Origin: Acidimicrobiaceae bacterium
Lineage (GTDB): Bacteria; Actinomycetota; Acidimicrobiia; Acidimicrobiales; RAAP-2
Length of the DNA stretch: 64,000 bases
Assembly (NCBI GenBank): GCA_027449885.1
Contig: DAIDKS010000001.1
Span: 6,644 to 70,643, forward strand
Reading direction: 5' to 3'
The translations under genes and the position numbers were made by a program. Shown piece after piece: positions 1 to 10,388 of the stretch (position 1 is the first letter of the stretch; each line of letters starts with the position of its first letter). The notes beneath the pieces were generated by a model. The model did not search any database and had not been told where the DNA came from. It worked only from the letters and a program-made list of their open reading frames with translations.

Positions 1-5
1 TGTTC

Positions 6-899
6 TTGCAGCTTGTTCGGCGGCTTTTCATCGTGGTCCTCGTCGCCGCCCTCTTTGGCACCTACCTGCTCATTCACCCCTTCGTCGGATCGAGCGCTCC
101 GGACACGTCGGGGTTCTATCTCGACATCGGCGCCTCGGCGTCGTTGGGCTTCCAACCGACCGGCATTCCCAAGCACAACGGTCACCGCACGAACACTGGC
201 TACGCCAACGACGTCGTCAACTACCTGGCGACCAAAGCCGTCAATCTCCAACTACGCCAGATTGGATGCCCCGGCGAGACGGTCGAGTCCATGCTCCTGA
301 GTGGCGACCACTGCTATACCCTGCCCCAGCGTCAACTACTCGCCGCGGAGCAATTCCTTCGAGCCAACCACGACGCCGTCGGTTTGGTCACCATCGACCT
401 GGGTTTTAACGATGTGCGACCCTGTCTCGTCACGGCCGTGGTCGACGAAGCCTGCGTCACCTCGGGTTTGGCCTTCGTCAACCGCGATCTCTCACCCGTG
501 TTGGCGGCCCTCAAGTCGGCGGCGGGCCCCAATGTCCACTTCATCGGCCTCGACTACGGCGATCCGTTCCTCAACAAGTATCTGAAGGGCGGCGTGCACG
601 TCGCCGTGGCCACGCGCACGTTGGAGGTCATGTCGGCGCTGGACGCCGAACTCGTCCACGCCTATCAGTCGTCGAACATTCCGGTGGCCAATGTCGCCGG
701 GGCCTTTCAGCTCGATAATCGAAATCCCGCCGAACTGAAGGGCGTGGGCGTCGTGCCCCTCAACGTGGCCAAGACCTGTGAATTGACCTGGAACTGTGTG
801 GGTTACCCCTTCGGTCCCGACGACCACCCCAATAACAAGGGCTACAGCGTCATTGCGTCGGCGATCGAGGCGGTATTGCCCGCGGCCTGGCGAGGCTAA
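6..899 (+). CDS. Secreted or membrane-anchored SGNH/GDSL-family hydrolase (start uncertain, near window edge)
   Basis: N-terminal hydrophobic segment; block I-like LDIGASASLG, block III DLGFND, block V DDHPNNKGY; paralog of 5519-6421. Confidence 0.8.
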   Translation: MQLVRRLFIVVLVAALFGTYLLIHPFVGSSAPDTSGFYLDIGASASLGFQPTGIPKHNGHRTNTGYANDVVNYLATKAVNLQLRQIGCPGETVESMLLSGDHCYTLPQRQLLAAEQFLRANHDAVGLVTIDLGFNDVRPCLVTAVVDEACVTSGLAFVNRDLSPVLAALKSAAGPNVHFIGLDYGDPFLNKYLKGGVHVAVATRTLEVMSALDAELVHAYQSSNIPVANVAGAFQLDNRNPAELKGVGVVPLNVAKTCELTWNCVGYPFGPDDHPNNKGYSVIASAIEAVLPAAWRG

Positions 900-996
900 C
901 TTTTATGAGTATCGTGACGCAGACGTCGGTCCCCTGGGCCAGCGTCTGCGTTACCCGCGCCAGCGCGGCGCGTCGCAGCGAACGAAGGGGTATGTG

Positions 997-2496
997 ATGT
1001 CATCGGACCTGTCAATCCCCTCGTCGATTCGTCGATTCGTGACCGGCGAAAGTCCCGCCATGTTGATCGACGGCGCACACGTCCCCGCGGTTTCGGGTGA
1101 GACATTTGAGACGTTGAATCCAGCGACGGGCGAGTTGCTCGCCCACCTGCCCGCCGCCGACACGCCCGATGTCGACCGCGCCGTCGCGGCCGCCCGACGC
1201 GCGTTCGAGGATGGGCCGTGGGCGACCATGAAGCCGTTCGATCGTCAGCGGATCATGATGCGCTTCGCCGACCTCGTCGAAGCGAACCACGAGGACCTCG
1301 CCATCCTGGACACCCTTGACATGGGTGCGCCGATCCAGCGCATGCGCGGCAACCTTCGACGTGCGGTGGGAATGGCGCGCTTCTACGCCGGTCTCACGAC
1401 GGCGCTACGCGGTGAGACCATCGCCAACTCGATTCCCGGTGACTTCCAAACCCAGACGCTACGCGAGCCCGTCGGCGTGGTTGGCGCGATCATCCCGTGG
1501 AACAACCCACACATCGCGTTTATTTGGAAGGTCGGTGCTGCCATCGCCGCGGGGTGCACGGTCGTGCTCAAGCCCGCCGAGGAGGCGTCACTCAGCGCGT
1601 TGTGGCTGGGCGAAATGCTGCTCGAGGCCGGCCTGCCTAATGGTGTCGTTAACGTCGTCACGGGCTTTGGCGAGACGGCGGGCGCAGCGCTGAGCGCGCA
1701 CCCTGGCGTCGACAAGATCGCCTTCACCGGTTCGACCGCGACTGGTCAAGCCATTGTTCGCGCCGCCTCTTCGACGCTCAAGCGCGTGACCCTCGAACTC
1801 GGAGGCAAGTCGCCCAACATCGTCTTCAAGGACGCGGACCTCGATCTGGCCGTGCCGGGCGCCGCGATGGCGGCCTTCATCAACTCGGGCCAGGTCTGCA
1901 GCGCCGGGACGCGGCTGTTTGTCGAGCGCGACATCTACGACGATTTCGTCAGCGCCATGTCGGCGTACTCGCAGTCGCTCACCGTCGGCAACGGACTGGA
2001 CGCCACGACCCAACTCGGACCATTGGTCTCTCAGACCCAGCTCGAGCGGGTGACAAGTTACTTCGCGATCGGACGCGCCGAGGGGGCCGCCGTCTCCTCG
2101 GGGGGAGAACGTCTCGTCGAAGGCGACTTCGCCAGCGGCTACTACGTGGCGCCCACGATCTTTACCGACGTGCACAATGAGATGCGAGTCGCCACGGAAG
2201 AGATTTTCGGTCCAGTTGTCTCGGTCATGGCCTTTGACGACTACGAGTCCGTCGTTCGCCTCGCCAACGCCAGTCCCTTTGGTCTGGGCGGTGGTGTGTG
2301 GACGAACGATCTCAACAAGGCGAACCGCACCGTGAAGGCACTGCGCACGGGAACGGTCTGGGTGAACTGCTACGGCCAGATGGACCCCGCCGTGCCGTTC
2401 GGTGGGTACCGAATGAGCGGCTACGGCCGTGAGGGCGGCGTTCAGCACCTGGACGAGTTCCTCGAGACCAAGGCCGTCTGGATCCAGACCCATTGA
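997..2496 (+). CDS. NAD-dependent aldehyde dehydrogenase
   Basis: IIPWN, KPAEE, FTGSTATG, LELGGKSP, catalytic GQVCSAG, EEIFGPV, PFGGY; ATG at 997 after GAAGGGG. Confidence 0.95.
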   Translation: MSSDLSIPSSIRRFVTGESPAMLIDGAHVPAVSGETFETLNPATGELLAHLPAADTPDVDRAVAAARRAFEDGPWATMKPFDRQRIMMRFADLVEANHEDLAILDTLDMGAPIQRMRGNLRRAVGMARFYAGLTTALRGETIANSIPGDFQTQTLREPVGVVGAIIPWNNPHIAFIWKVGAAIAAGCTVVLKPAEEASLSALWLGEMLLEAGLPNGVVNVVTGFGETAGAALSAHPGVDKIAFTGSTATGQAIVRAASSTLKRVTLELGGKSPNIVFKDADLDLAVPGAAMAAFINSGQVCSAGTRLFVERDIYDDFVSAMSAYSQSLTVGNGLDATTQLGPLVSQTQLERVTSYFAIGRAEGAAVSSGGERLVEGDFASGYYVAPTIFTDVHNEMRVATEEIFGPVVSVMAFDDYESVVRLANASPFGLGGGVWTNDLNKANRTVKALRTGTVWVNCYGQMDPAVPFGGYRMSGYGREGGVQHLDEFLETKAVWIQTH

Positions 2497-2587
2497 TCGT
2501 GGTCGACCGGAGGATTCCCTGGTACTTCTCACCCATCGTCGCCCTTCGCGGGCCTCGTTGGCGAACTGGCCGAGCTCGGAGCCGCGC

Positions 2588-4096
2588 ATGAACGACGAGG
2601 ACTCGCTGCGCGAGCTCATCGCGCGCCAGTCGTCGCGCTTGGCGCGGGCGCCCTATCTACTGCGACTTCGCACCCCCGAGGCGGTTTCCTTCGCCGATCT
2701 CGAGCAGGTCGTCGGCCGGTGGTCGTCGTTGCTGCGCGAGCGCTCACTGCGACCTGGCGACCGCGTCGGACTCTTGATCGGTGACCCGCTGCACTTCGCC
2801 CAAACCTTCCTCGCGCTCATCGCGTGTGGACTCTGGGTGGCCCCGCTCGACCCAACCGTGAACCCGATCAACGCCGAGGTTCTCAACGCACGGCTCCGCC
2901 GACTCGGCGTGCACACGGTCGTCAGCGATGCCGACCGGCCCGCTTCGATCACGGCGAACTGGTTCGATGTTCGCACCGTCCACCTGACGAACCTCGACGA
3001 GTCCGTTCGAGCGTCAGAACGTTCCGGCGGCGTGATCCTCGCGTCCTCGGGCACGACCGGGACCCCGAAGGTGATCGCGTTGCCGGTGACCCAGCTGCTC
3101 CACGCAGCTTCGCTGATCGCGGTGCACAACCAGTTGACCCCATCGGACCGGGGACTGAACCCGCTGCCTCTTTGGCATATCAACGCCGAGGTCGTTGCCG
3201 TCCTGGCGTCTCTGGTGGCGGGCTCGTCAGTGGTGCTCGACGAGCGCTTCCACCGGACGGACTTCTGGACCCTCGCCGATATGTACGAGGTGACCTGGAT
3301 CAACGCCGTGCCCGCCATCATCGCGCGACTGTCCAACGTGACTGACGCCGAGCCGATACCGGAGCGCATCCGTTTCATTCGTTCAGCGTCGGCTCCCCTG
3401 TCGCCCGCCGTGCTCGAGCAGTTCCAATCGGCCGTCGGCATCCCGGTGGTCGAGTCCTACGGCATGACCGAGGCCGCGAGTCAGATCAGTGCCAACCCGC
3501 TCGACGGTGAGCGCAAGCCCGGCTCGGCCGGCGTACCCGTAGGCGTGGAGTTGCGCATCGTGCCCCTCGACCAGGACGAGGCTGAGCCCTCGCCGCCATC
3601 GGCGGCCGTGGGACACGTCGAGATCCGCGGGCCGTCGGTGATCACGCACTACGAGAGCGCCGGGTACGAGGATCGCTTCAGCCTCGACGGCTGGCTGCGC
3701 ACCGGGGACCTCGGGTACCTCGACGACGACGGCTATCTCTATCTCGTGGGCCGAAGTGACGACGTGATCAACCGCGGCGGCGAGAAGATCTTCCCGCGCG
3801 AACTCGAAGACGCCGTGCTCGGTGTGGTGGGCGTCCGCGGCGTCGCCGTGGTCGCACAGCCCGATGACGTTTTCGGCCAAGTCCCGACCGCCTACGTCGA
3901 ACTCGCCGAGGACTGCGACCAGCGCGCGGTGTTGGCCCAGTTGCGTCGCGTCGTCACCGAGGGGTTCCCCAAGACGCACTGGCCCGTCGCTTTCACGGTC
4001 GTCGCCCGCCTGCCCGCCCACGCCACGGGCAAGATCCAGAAGCACCGCCTCGCGAGCGAGCCAATCGACGTGATCACGACCTGGGACCTCGCGTGA
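2588..4096 (+). CDS. AMP-forming acyl-CoA synthetase (resembles oxalate/short-acid CoA ligases)
   Basis: SSGTTGTPK, RFIRSASAPL, ESYGMTEA, WLRTGDLG, INRGGEKI, TGKIQK. Confidence 0.9.
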   Translation: MNDEDSLRELIARQSSRLARAPYLLRLRTPEAVSFADLEQVVGRWSSLLRERSLRPGDRVGLLIGDPLHFAQTFLALIACGLWVAPLDPTVNPINAEVLNARLRRLGVHTVVSDADRPASITANWFDVRTVHLTNLDESVRASERSGGVILASSGTTGTPKVIALPVTQLLHAASLIAVHNQLTPSDRGLNPLPLWHINAEVVAVLASLVAGSSVVLDERFHRTDFWTLADMYEVTWINAVPAIIARLSNVTDAEPIPERIRFIRSASAPLSPAVLEQFQSAVGIPVVESYGMTEAASQISANPLDGERKPGSAGVPVGVELRIVPLDQDEAEPSPPSAAVGHVEIRGPSVITHYESAGYEDRFSLDGWLRTGDLGYLDDDGYLYLVGRSDDVINRGGEKIFPRELEDAVLGVVGVRGVAVVAQPDDVFGQVPTAYVELAEDCDQRAVLAQLRRVVTEGFPKTHWPVAFTVVARLPAHATGKIQKHRLASEPIDVITTWDLA

Positions 4097-4124
4097 CCGG
4101 CCAGCCCCGGTGCCAGGTGCGCCG

Positions 4125-5366
4125 ATGAGCGCCACCCCGGAGCCGGCCACTGCGCCGTCGGCGGGCACCCGCCGTCGACTCGACCACATCGACGCCATGC
4201 GACCGGTGAAACAAGCGGCCGTCATCTCGACCCACGCGCTCATCTTCTTCGCGCCGTTGGCCACCAGCACCACCGTCGTGGGGCTGATCATGCTGACCCG
4301 GTTCTCGCGCGACGCCTTCCTCTTCGTCTCGGCGTGCATGCTGACCTACAGCTATCGCAGCACGCCAAAGGTCGAGATCCGGACTTACACGAAGCGGCGC
4401 TTCCTGTCAGTCGGCGTGCCGTACCTGACTTGGACGCTGCTCTACTTCGTCTACACGTCCCTCGACAGCCGGTCGGCGTTTCCGTACTACGCGGTGAACA
4501 CCGCCCACCTCTTCAGCTGGAGCGCACTTCGGATCCTGATTCACCTCACGGCCACGGGGTACTACCACCTCTACTACCTGCTCGTCATCGCCGAGTTCTA
4601 CGTCTTGTTCCCGCTCATGCTGCGCGTCATCCGGCGACACCCCACCTGGCACTGGCGGATTTTGGCGGGGTCACTCATCTGGCAGATCGCCTACGGCGCG
4701 TGGGTGAGCTCGCACCACTCCGTGCTCGACATCTCGGGATTATTGCAAACGCGAATGATCCTCTCGTACGTCATCTACATCGTGGGCGGCGTCATAGTGG
4801 CGCTGCACCTCGACGAAGTACACCAGTGGATCGTGCGTCACGTCGCGTTGATCCTCGTTGGCACACTCGGCGCCATGGCCCTCGCCGAAGTCCTTACCTA
4901 CGTCGGCGTCGCCCACGACCTCCCCACCTACCTTCGTACCGGTACCTACGTCTTCTCACCGCTGATCATCCCCTACAACGTCGGCGCGATCCTGTGCGTC
5001 TACCTGCTCGGGGTGTTCCTCACCGCTCCGGCTCGCCGGGCGAGGATCCGCGCGATGGTCCAGTCCGGCTCGGACAACTCCTACGGCGTCTATCTCTCGC
5101 AGATGGTATGGATTCCCGCCTTGGTTCGGCTCCGCGGCGCCAGTGGCGTCCACCTGCCCTGGCAGGTCGCGGCCCCGCTCGCGCTGGTCATCGTCTACAG
5201 CGTCGGCTTCGTCTTCACCGCCCTCATGGCTCGAACCTGGTTCGCCAGGGGCGTGACCGGTCGGAGCCGAGCGACCTGGGCGAGCCTACTGCCTCGCCGA
5301 ACGCTCCCAACGGTCGTCGAGCACGGTGACGTCGCTGACGGACCGATGGACGTCGTCGAGCCCTAA
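4125..5366 (+). CDS. Acyltransferase-3 family integral membrane O-acyltransferase
   Basis: RLDHIDAMR...STH, FLFVSA, KRRFLSVGVPYLTW, YHLYYLLVIAEFY, SYGVYLSQ; about 10 TM segments. Confidence 0.85.
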   Translation: MSATPEPATAPSAGTRRRLDHIDAMRPVKQAAVISTHALIFFAPLATSTTVVGLIMLTRFSRDAFLFVSACMLTYSYRSTPKVEIRTYTKRRFLSVGVPYLTWTLLYFVYTSLDSRSAFPYYAVNTAHLFSWSALRILIHLTATGYYHLYYLLVIAEFYVLFPLMLRVIRRHPTWHWRILAGSLIWQIAYGAWVSSHHSVLDISGLLQTRMILSYVIYIVGGVIVALHLDEVHQWIVRHVALILVGTLGAMALAEVLTYVGVAHDLPTYLRTGTYVFSPLIIPYNVGAILCVYLLGVFLTAPARRARIRAMVQSGSDNSYGVYLSQMVWIPALVRLRGASGVHLPWQVAAPLALVIVYSVGFVFTALMARTWFARGVTGRSRATWASLLPRRTLPTVVEHGDVADGPMDVVEP

Positions 5367-5518
5367 CGACGCAACGGACCGTGAATTCTTATGGATTTCT
5401 TCGTCTTTGATACGTATGTGAACCCCGTTTCGCCCTACCGTGGATGGGATTCAGAACTGGATCCGCGACGGACCCTCCTAACAGGTCGCCGTCGCGCAGT
5501 TACCGTCAAGGAGACTGG

Positions 5519-6421
5519 GTGCTTCGTTCCCGAGGAGTTTTTTCGCGTGGCGCATCAGTGGTGGCGGCCGCGTTGACGGTGCTCGTAGGGGCGGGACTCG
5601 CGGATGTCGGCGCCGCGGGCGCCGCAACCACTACGACCACCACGACTGGCTTCTACCTCGATTTGGGCGCCTCGGTATCGGTCGGCGTCCAACCCACCGC
5701 GCTGCACCCGACCGGCCATCGCACCCACCACGGCTTCTCCAATGATTTGATCGCCTACGAAGCCAGTCGTGGCATCTCCCTGAGTCTGACCGAGCTGGGC
5801 TGCCCCGGTGAGTCAGTCGCCACGATGGTGAACGGACAGGACGGCTGCTATCACGCCGGTGACTCCCAGCTCGCTGACGCCATCACGTTTTTGAACGCCC
5901 ACCACGATCAGACCGGACTCGTCACCATCGATCTTGGCTTCAATTCGGTGGTCGGGTGTCTGCGAACCCACACTGTGGACCCGGCCTGCGTTCAGCAGAG
6001 CCTCGCGACGATGGGGCCACAGCTCTCGAGCATCCTCACGGTGCTGAAGTCGGCCGCCGGGCCGAACGTGACCTTCGTGGGCATCAGCTTCGCCGATCCC
6101 TACCTCGCCCAGGCGGCCAACGGCGCCTCGGGTCGGGTCCACGCGCACGCGAGCCTCCAGGCCATCAGCCAGCTCGACCAGACCCTCGCCGCGATCTACC
6201 AGGCGCACGGCATGCCGATGGCGAACGTCGCGAGCGTCTTCCACTTGCACCAGACGACGACCAGGTCTGGGTCCCGTGTACCTGAGAACGTCGCCACAGT
6301 CTGCCAACTCACCTGGATGTGCGCTTCCGCGCCCTACGGTCCCAACATTCACCCCAACCGCGCCGGCTACGAGGCGATCGCCGACGCCATCATCGCCGTC
6401 CTCCCGCCGCCGTTCCATTAG
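5519..6421 (+). CDS. Secreted SGNH/GDSL-family hydrolase
   Basis: GTG at 5519 after AAGGAG; signal peptide and Thr linker; LDLGASVSVG, DLGFNS, NIHPNRAGY. Confidence 0.8.
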   Translation: MLRSRGVFSRGASVVAAALTVLVGAGLADVGAAGAATTTTTTTGFYLDLGASVSVGVQPTALHPTGHRTHHGFSNDLIAYEASRGISLSLTELGCPGESVATMVNGQDGCYHAGDSQLADAITFLNAHHDQTGLVTIDLGFNSVVGCLRTHTVDPACVQQSLATMGPQLSSILTVLKSAAGPNVTFVGISFADPYLAQAANGASGRVHAHASLQAISQLDQTLAAIYQAHGMPMANVASVFHLHQTTTRSGSRVPENVATVCQLTWMCASAPYGPNIHPNRAGYEAIADAIIAVLPPPFH

Positions 6422-6812
6422 CCACGCAGCTCAGCGGCCCGCGGCCCGCGGCCCGCGGCAAGGGCGCTGGCACCACACGACGAATCCGTTCGAGCACGTC
6501 GCCCCACGCAACTGTCGTGTCACGGTACTCTGCCCTGACCACGGCAGAAGTCGCCCGATGACACCGCAGGAATCGGCCGTCGTCGCTCCCGGGATGCACG
6601 AACCAATCGAGCGGTCCGACGCCAATCGAACGAACCAGCCGTGCAACGCGTGCCGGGGCTGGGCCGTGCATCGAGACGTTCGCTGCCGCGTCGCAGGCAA
6701 GCTCCGAGGCACCCCTCGGGGGACCAGTCGTCCCTGATCAGGTGTTCGCTCGCGTTCCGGTGCAAGGAGGGGTGCTGGTGACCACAGTCACCTGTGCCGT
6801 CGTTTGCCGTCT

Positions 6813-7256
6813 CTACCAGCCGCCGGGCGCGCAACCGTTTTGATCCGGGACCCAGCCACCCGTGACCCGCATGCCGATCAAGATCTGAGCGTCGCGCGGT
6901 GCCTCACCGGCCAGGGGCGCGAACTGCGTCCCGCCGTACTCGAGCCACGTGGAGTTGGCGAAACCAATCCCCGAGTAGAACGGCCCCTCCATCGACCAGT
7001 TTCCCGCGACCTCACAGATGGCCACGTGTTGCCACTCAGCGCGCAGCTGATTGACGGTCACGCGTGCGAGCGTCGCCACGTACGTGAGAATGGACGGATG
7101 ATGGATCACCCTTGTGACGTGGGGTTTTGACCGATGCCGCGTCGCAACGACGTGCTTGACGCGTGCGGTTGGCGGCGTGCTCGCCGCTCCACCGGACGAT
7201 GGCAGAATCGCCGCGCTCGTGAGCAACGCCATGGTCGCATACAAGATTCTTCGCAT
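6813..7256 (-). CDS. Resuscitation-promoting-factor-like secreted lytic transglycosylase
   Basis: Signal peptide; WQHVAICEVAGNW, STWLEYGG, APLAGEAPRDAQI match the Rpf core; AAGGAG RBS. Confidence 0.8.
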   Translation of the reverse strand: MRRILYATMALLTSAAILPSSGGAASTPPTARVKHVVATRHRSKPHVTRVIHHPSILTYVATLARVTVNQLRAEWQHVAICEVAGNWSMEGPFYSGIGFANSTWLEYGGTQFAPLAGEAPRDAQILIGMRVTGGWVPDQNGCAPGGW

Positions 7257-7661
7257 GGTTTCTCCTTTGGCGTGCACGGCACCCGTGCCACGCCGCGCTA
7301 CGGACGGAGACACTGGGCGCACGACTTGGTGTCAAACCGAAAAGGTCCACCAAGCGGCACGGTCAATTGGCCACTTAACCCACTCGAATGTGAGGTGACA
7401 TCGAAGCAGTCTTTGCTGCGGGGTTTATTCTACGGCACTAACATCATCTGTGACGCACGTTGGAGTGATTTTCTTCCTTGTTGGCCCTTTGATCAGGGTT
7501 TCTGAGAATCACATTTTCTTCGCCCGATGATAACCAATTGCACAACTTCTGGTAATTCGTATGCATCACCTGCCCGAACATGCTCGCCACCTCGGGTTAT
7601 GCAGGGCGAAATGATGGGGGCTCAATGGGTTTGCGTACTGGCTGGTCAGCGAAGTGGCGCG

Positions 7662-9113
7662 TTAGGGTCGACCCTTGCCAATTCCCTTGCCGTGGCCGTT
7701 TCCCGGTGCCGAACCCGCGAACGTCGTGGTCGTGGTGGTCGTGCTCGGGGCGCCGACCCCGAGGGCGGCCGCGAGTTCGGTGACGTCGTGCTCGAGCACC
7801 GGTGCGATCGTGGCCGAGACGGTACCGTCGGTGACGCCGCTGACGATCAACGTCATCGCCTGCTGCAGAACGTTCGCAACGGCGGGGAGATTGGCGTTCG
7901 CACCATCGCTGAGTGATTGTTGCGCCAGCTGTTCGATGCGTTGGGCCACGGCGGGATCGATGGCGTTCGCGGCTTGACTCGCGACGAGATCAGCAGTCAA
8001 GGAGGCCTCGATCGATGAACTTGATCGGACCGTCGTCGACGTGGACGGTTGAATCGTGGTCGACGTCGACGGTCCAGCCGGCGGCGATGAGCTGGTCAAC
8101 AGCGAGATCAACGCGTAGAGCAGCGCGCCGATGATGACCAGGACACCCGCAATGGCCCACGGTCGACGCTCGTCGTGCCCGCTCGATCGTGGCGGTGGCG
8201 CGAGAACGGTGTCGTCACTCGACCGACGCGGGGGCGGGTCAAACGCCACGCTGGTCTTCGCCGCCAAGCTATCGCGCTCAATGACCATCGTTGCAGCCTC
8301 GTCGCGCGGCTCCCAGGCCGTCGCGTACGCCGAAGTCTCGAGCAGGGACGCGACCTCGGCACCGCTCAGTCGGCGTTCGGGTCGAGAATCCAGCATGCCT
8401 CTAAGCAGGACCGACCACGGCGCCGGCAGGTCCGCGGGAAGCTCGACGGGTCCAGTCAATCGCTTCGCCACGATCTCGCTCGGCGAACCCTCGAAGACGC
8501 GCCGCCCGGTGAGACACTCGAGAATCACGATGCCCAGGGACCAGACGTCGCCGCTCGGGCCCACTCGCTGGCCGTCGAGTTGCTCGGGCGCCATATACAT
8601 CACCGTCCCGATCGTCGTGCCCGGAGCGGTGATCGTCGTCGCGCCATCGAACTTGGCGATGCCGAAGTCGGCGAGCCAAACCTCCCCCGTCGTCGAACGC
8701 AAGATATTCGAGGGCTTGACGTCGCGGTGCACCACGCCGCGCTCGTGCACGTAGCTCAGGGCGTGGGCCACTTTGGCCGCCATCGACGCCGTAGCGGGAG
8801 CACCGAGCGGGCCGGTCTTGAGCGACTGCGCCAGGGTCGTGCCGTCGACGTACTCCATGACGAGGTACGCCAGGTCACCCACCATTCCCGTGTCGAGTAG
8901 TCGCACGAGACCCGGCCCGTCGAGGCTCTCGAGCGCGCGCGCCTCCTCGACCAGCCGGCGCGCGAACTCCGGGTCGCTCGATCGGACGACTTTGACCGCC
9001 ACGGCCTCCGCGGTGCGCTCGTCGCGTGCCTCGTAGACGTCAGCGGTCCCACCCCGTCCGAGGAGTCTGCTGATGCGGTACCGATCTCCGATGACCTCGC
9101 CACTCATGGACAT
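7662..9113 (-). CDS. Transmembrane Ser/Thr protein kinase (Hanks type)
   Basis: LGRGGTADVY, VAVK, HRDVKPSN, DFG, YMAPE, DVWSLG; one TM helix and Ser/Thr-rich linker. Confidence 0.93.
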   Translation of the reverse strand: MSMSGEVIGDRYRISRLLGRGGTADVYEARDERTAEAVAVKVVRSSDPEFARRLVEEARALESLDGPGLVRLLDTGMVGDLAYLVMEYVDGTTLAQSLKTGPLGAPATASMAAKVAHALSYVHERGVVHRDVKPSNILRSTTGEVWLADFGIAKFDGATTITAPGTTIGTVMYMAPEQLDGQRVGPSGDVWSLGIVILECLTGRRVFEGSPSEIVAKRLTGPVELPADLPAPWSVLLRGMLDSRPERRLSGAEVASLLETSAYATAWEPRDEAATMVIERDSLAAKTSVAFDPPPRRSSDDTVLAPPPRSSGHDERRPWAIAGVLVIIGALLYALISLLTSSSPPAGPSTSTTIQPSTSTTVRSSSSIEASLTADLVASQAANAIDPAVAQRIEQLAQQSLSDGANANLPAVANVLQQAMTLIVSGVTDGTVSATIAPVLEHDVTELAAALGVGAPSTTTTTTTFAGSAPGNGHGKGIGKGRP

Positions 9114-9579
9114 GCGTTTCTACTCACGATCCTCGGGTGTCTCGTTCACGGCCTCACAGCAATCGGCGCCGCGCGCGCCGCGCGCGCTAGTAGACCGCGT
9201 CGCCGCCACCACCGTAGCGAGCCGTCGTCCCTCGCGTGGCGCCGAAGTGTCCACTAGCGACGATGACCAGGGACGTTGCGAGGACCACGGTACACGTTGC
9301 GAGATTCGTCCCCTCATCGCGAGTCATCGGCGACACCGGACGACGTGCGGGATCATCATCGCCCGAGATGTCAACAACCCGGACCCCAGGGCCAGCACCC
9401 CACGAGTGGACGCGTCGACTCCACCTTGGCGTCGCATCGTCCCACGGTTGAGCCGTGCACCGTTGTCGGCTCACCGTGACCACGGGACTGCCCGAGGCCG
9501 GCACGTCGCTGAAACAACTTGATGGGACAGTCCGAGTCCATCGCTGGCCCCAACGGGACCGCGAGGGAGAGCGAGTACC

Positions 9580-10335
9580 TTGGACGTCGTGCGAGGACTC
9601 GGGACCATCATTGACGTGGTCGCGATCATCGTCGGCGCGGCCATCGGCGTGCTGATTGGCAATCGCCTCCCCGCCCGGACTCGCCACACCGTCACCGACG
9701 CGCTCGGACTCGTCGTGCTCGTGATCGGCGCACTCAACATCGCAGCCATTTCCGATCGCGCGTTTCGCCACGCCGTTGGCGCGAGTTGGACCCTGCTGGT
9801 GGTCCTCGGAGCGTTGATCGTCGGCGGCATCGGTGGTTCGCTGTTGCGCATCGAGGAGCGAGTGGCGATATTCGGTGGTTGGATCCAGAATCGCCTGACT
9901 CGAGGACGGGTCAGTGATTCGCGGGAACGCTTCATCGAGGGATTCGTGGCTGCTTCACTCTTGTTTTGCATCGGACCACTCGCCATCCTTGGCGCGCTGA
10001 GCGATGGACTCGGTCACGGGATCAGCCAGCTCGTGCTGAAGTCGGCCCTGGACCTTTTCGCGGCGATCGCCTTCTCGGCCACACTCGGCTGGGGCGTCGC
10101 GGTCTCGGCACTGCCCGTGGGCATCTTCCAAGGCTTCGTCACCGTGCTGGGCGTGCTCGCCGGCTCGTTCCTGCCAGCCTCGATGATCGCCGCCATCACC
10201 GCCACCGGTGGCGTCTTGTTGCTCGGCATCGGCATGCGCCTCTTGCAGATCAAGTCAGTGCCGGTCGCCGACCTCTTGCCGTCACTCGTCGTGGCACCGA
10301 TCATCGTGGGAGCGATCAGCGCGTTTCACGGCTAG
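9580..10335 (+). CDS. DUF554 (YdfK/YqgA-like) membrane protein
   Basis: GTIIDVVAI, FIEGFVAASLLFCIGPLAILG, KSALD. Confidence 0.85.
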   Translation: MDVVRGLGTIIDVVAIIVGAAIGVLIGNRLPARTRHTVTDALGLVVLVIGALNIAAISDRAFRHAVGASWTLLVVLGALIVGGIGGSLLRIEERVAIFGGWIQNRLTRGRVSDSRERFIEGFVAASLLFCIGPLAILGALSDGLGHGISQLVLKSALDLFAAIAFSATLGWGVAVSALPVGIFQGFVTVLGVLAGSFLPASMIAAITATGGVLLLGIGMRLLQIKSVPVADLLPSLVVAPIIVGAISAFHG

Positions 10336-10388
10336 GTGGCGTCGAGTCTTGCCGGCCCCGTCGTCTTCGCCGATGGCCACGCTCGCAT

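Noticed and set aside
6434-6458. GCGGCCC tandem repeat after the second SGNH gene
   Set aside because: Only about three copies in GC-rich DNA; no sign of function
7257-7660. c-di-AMP (ydaO) riboswitch upstream of the rpf-like gene
   Set aside because: The conserved ydaO segments were not found on the minus strand; the region is just AT-richer intergenic DNA
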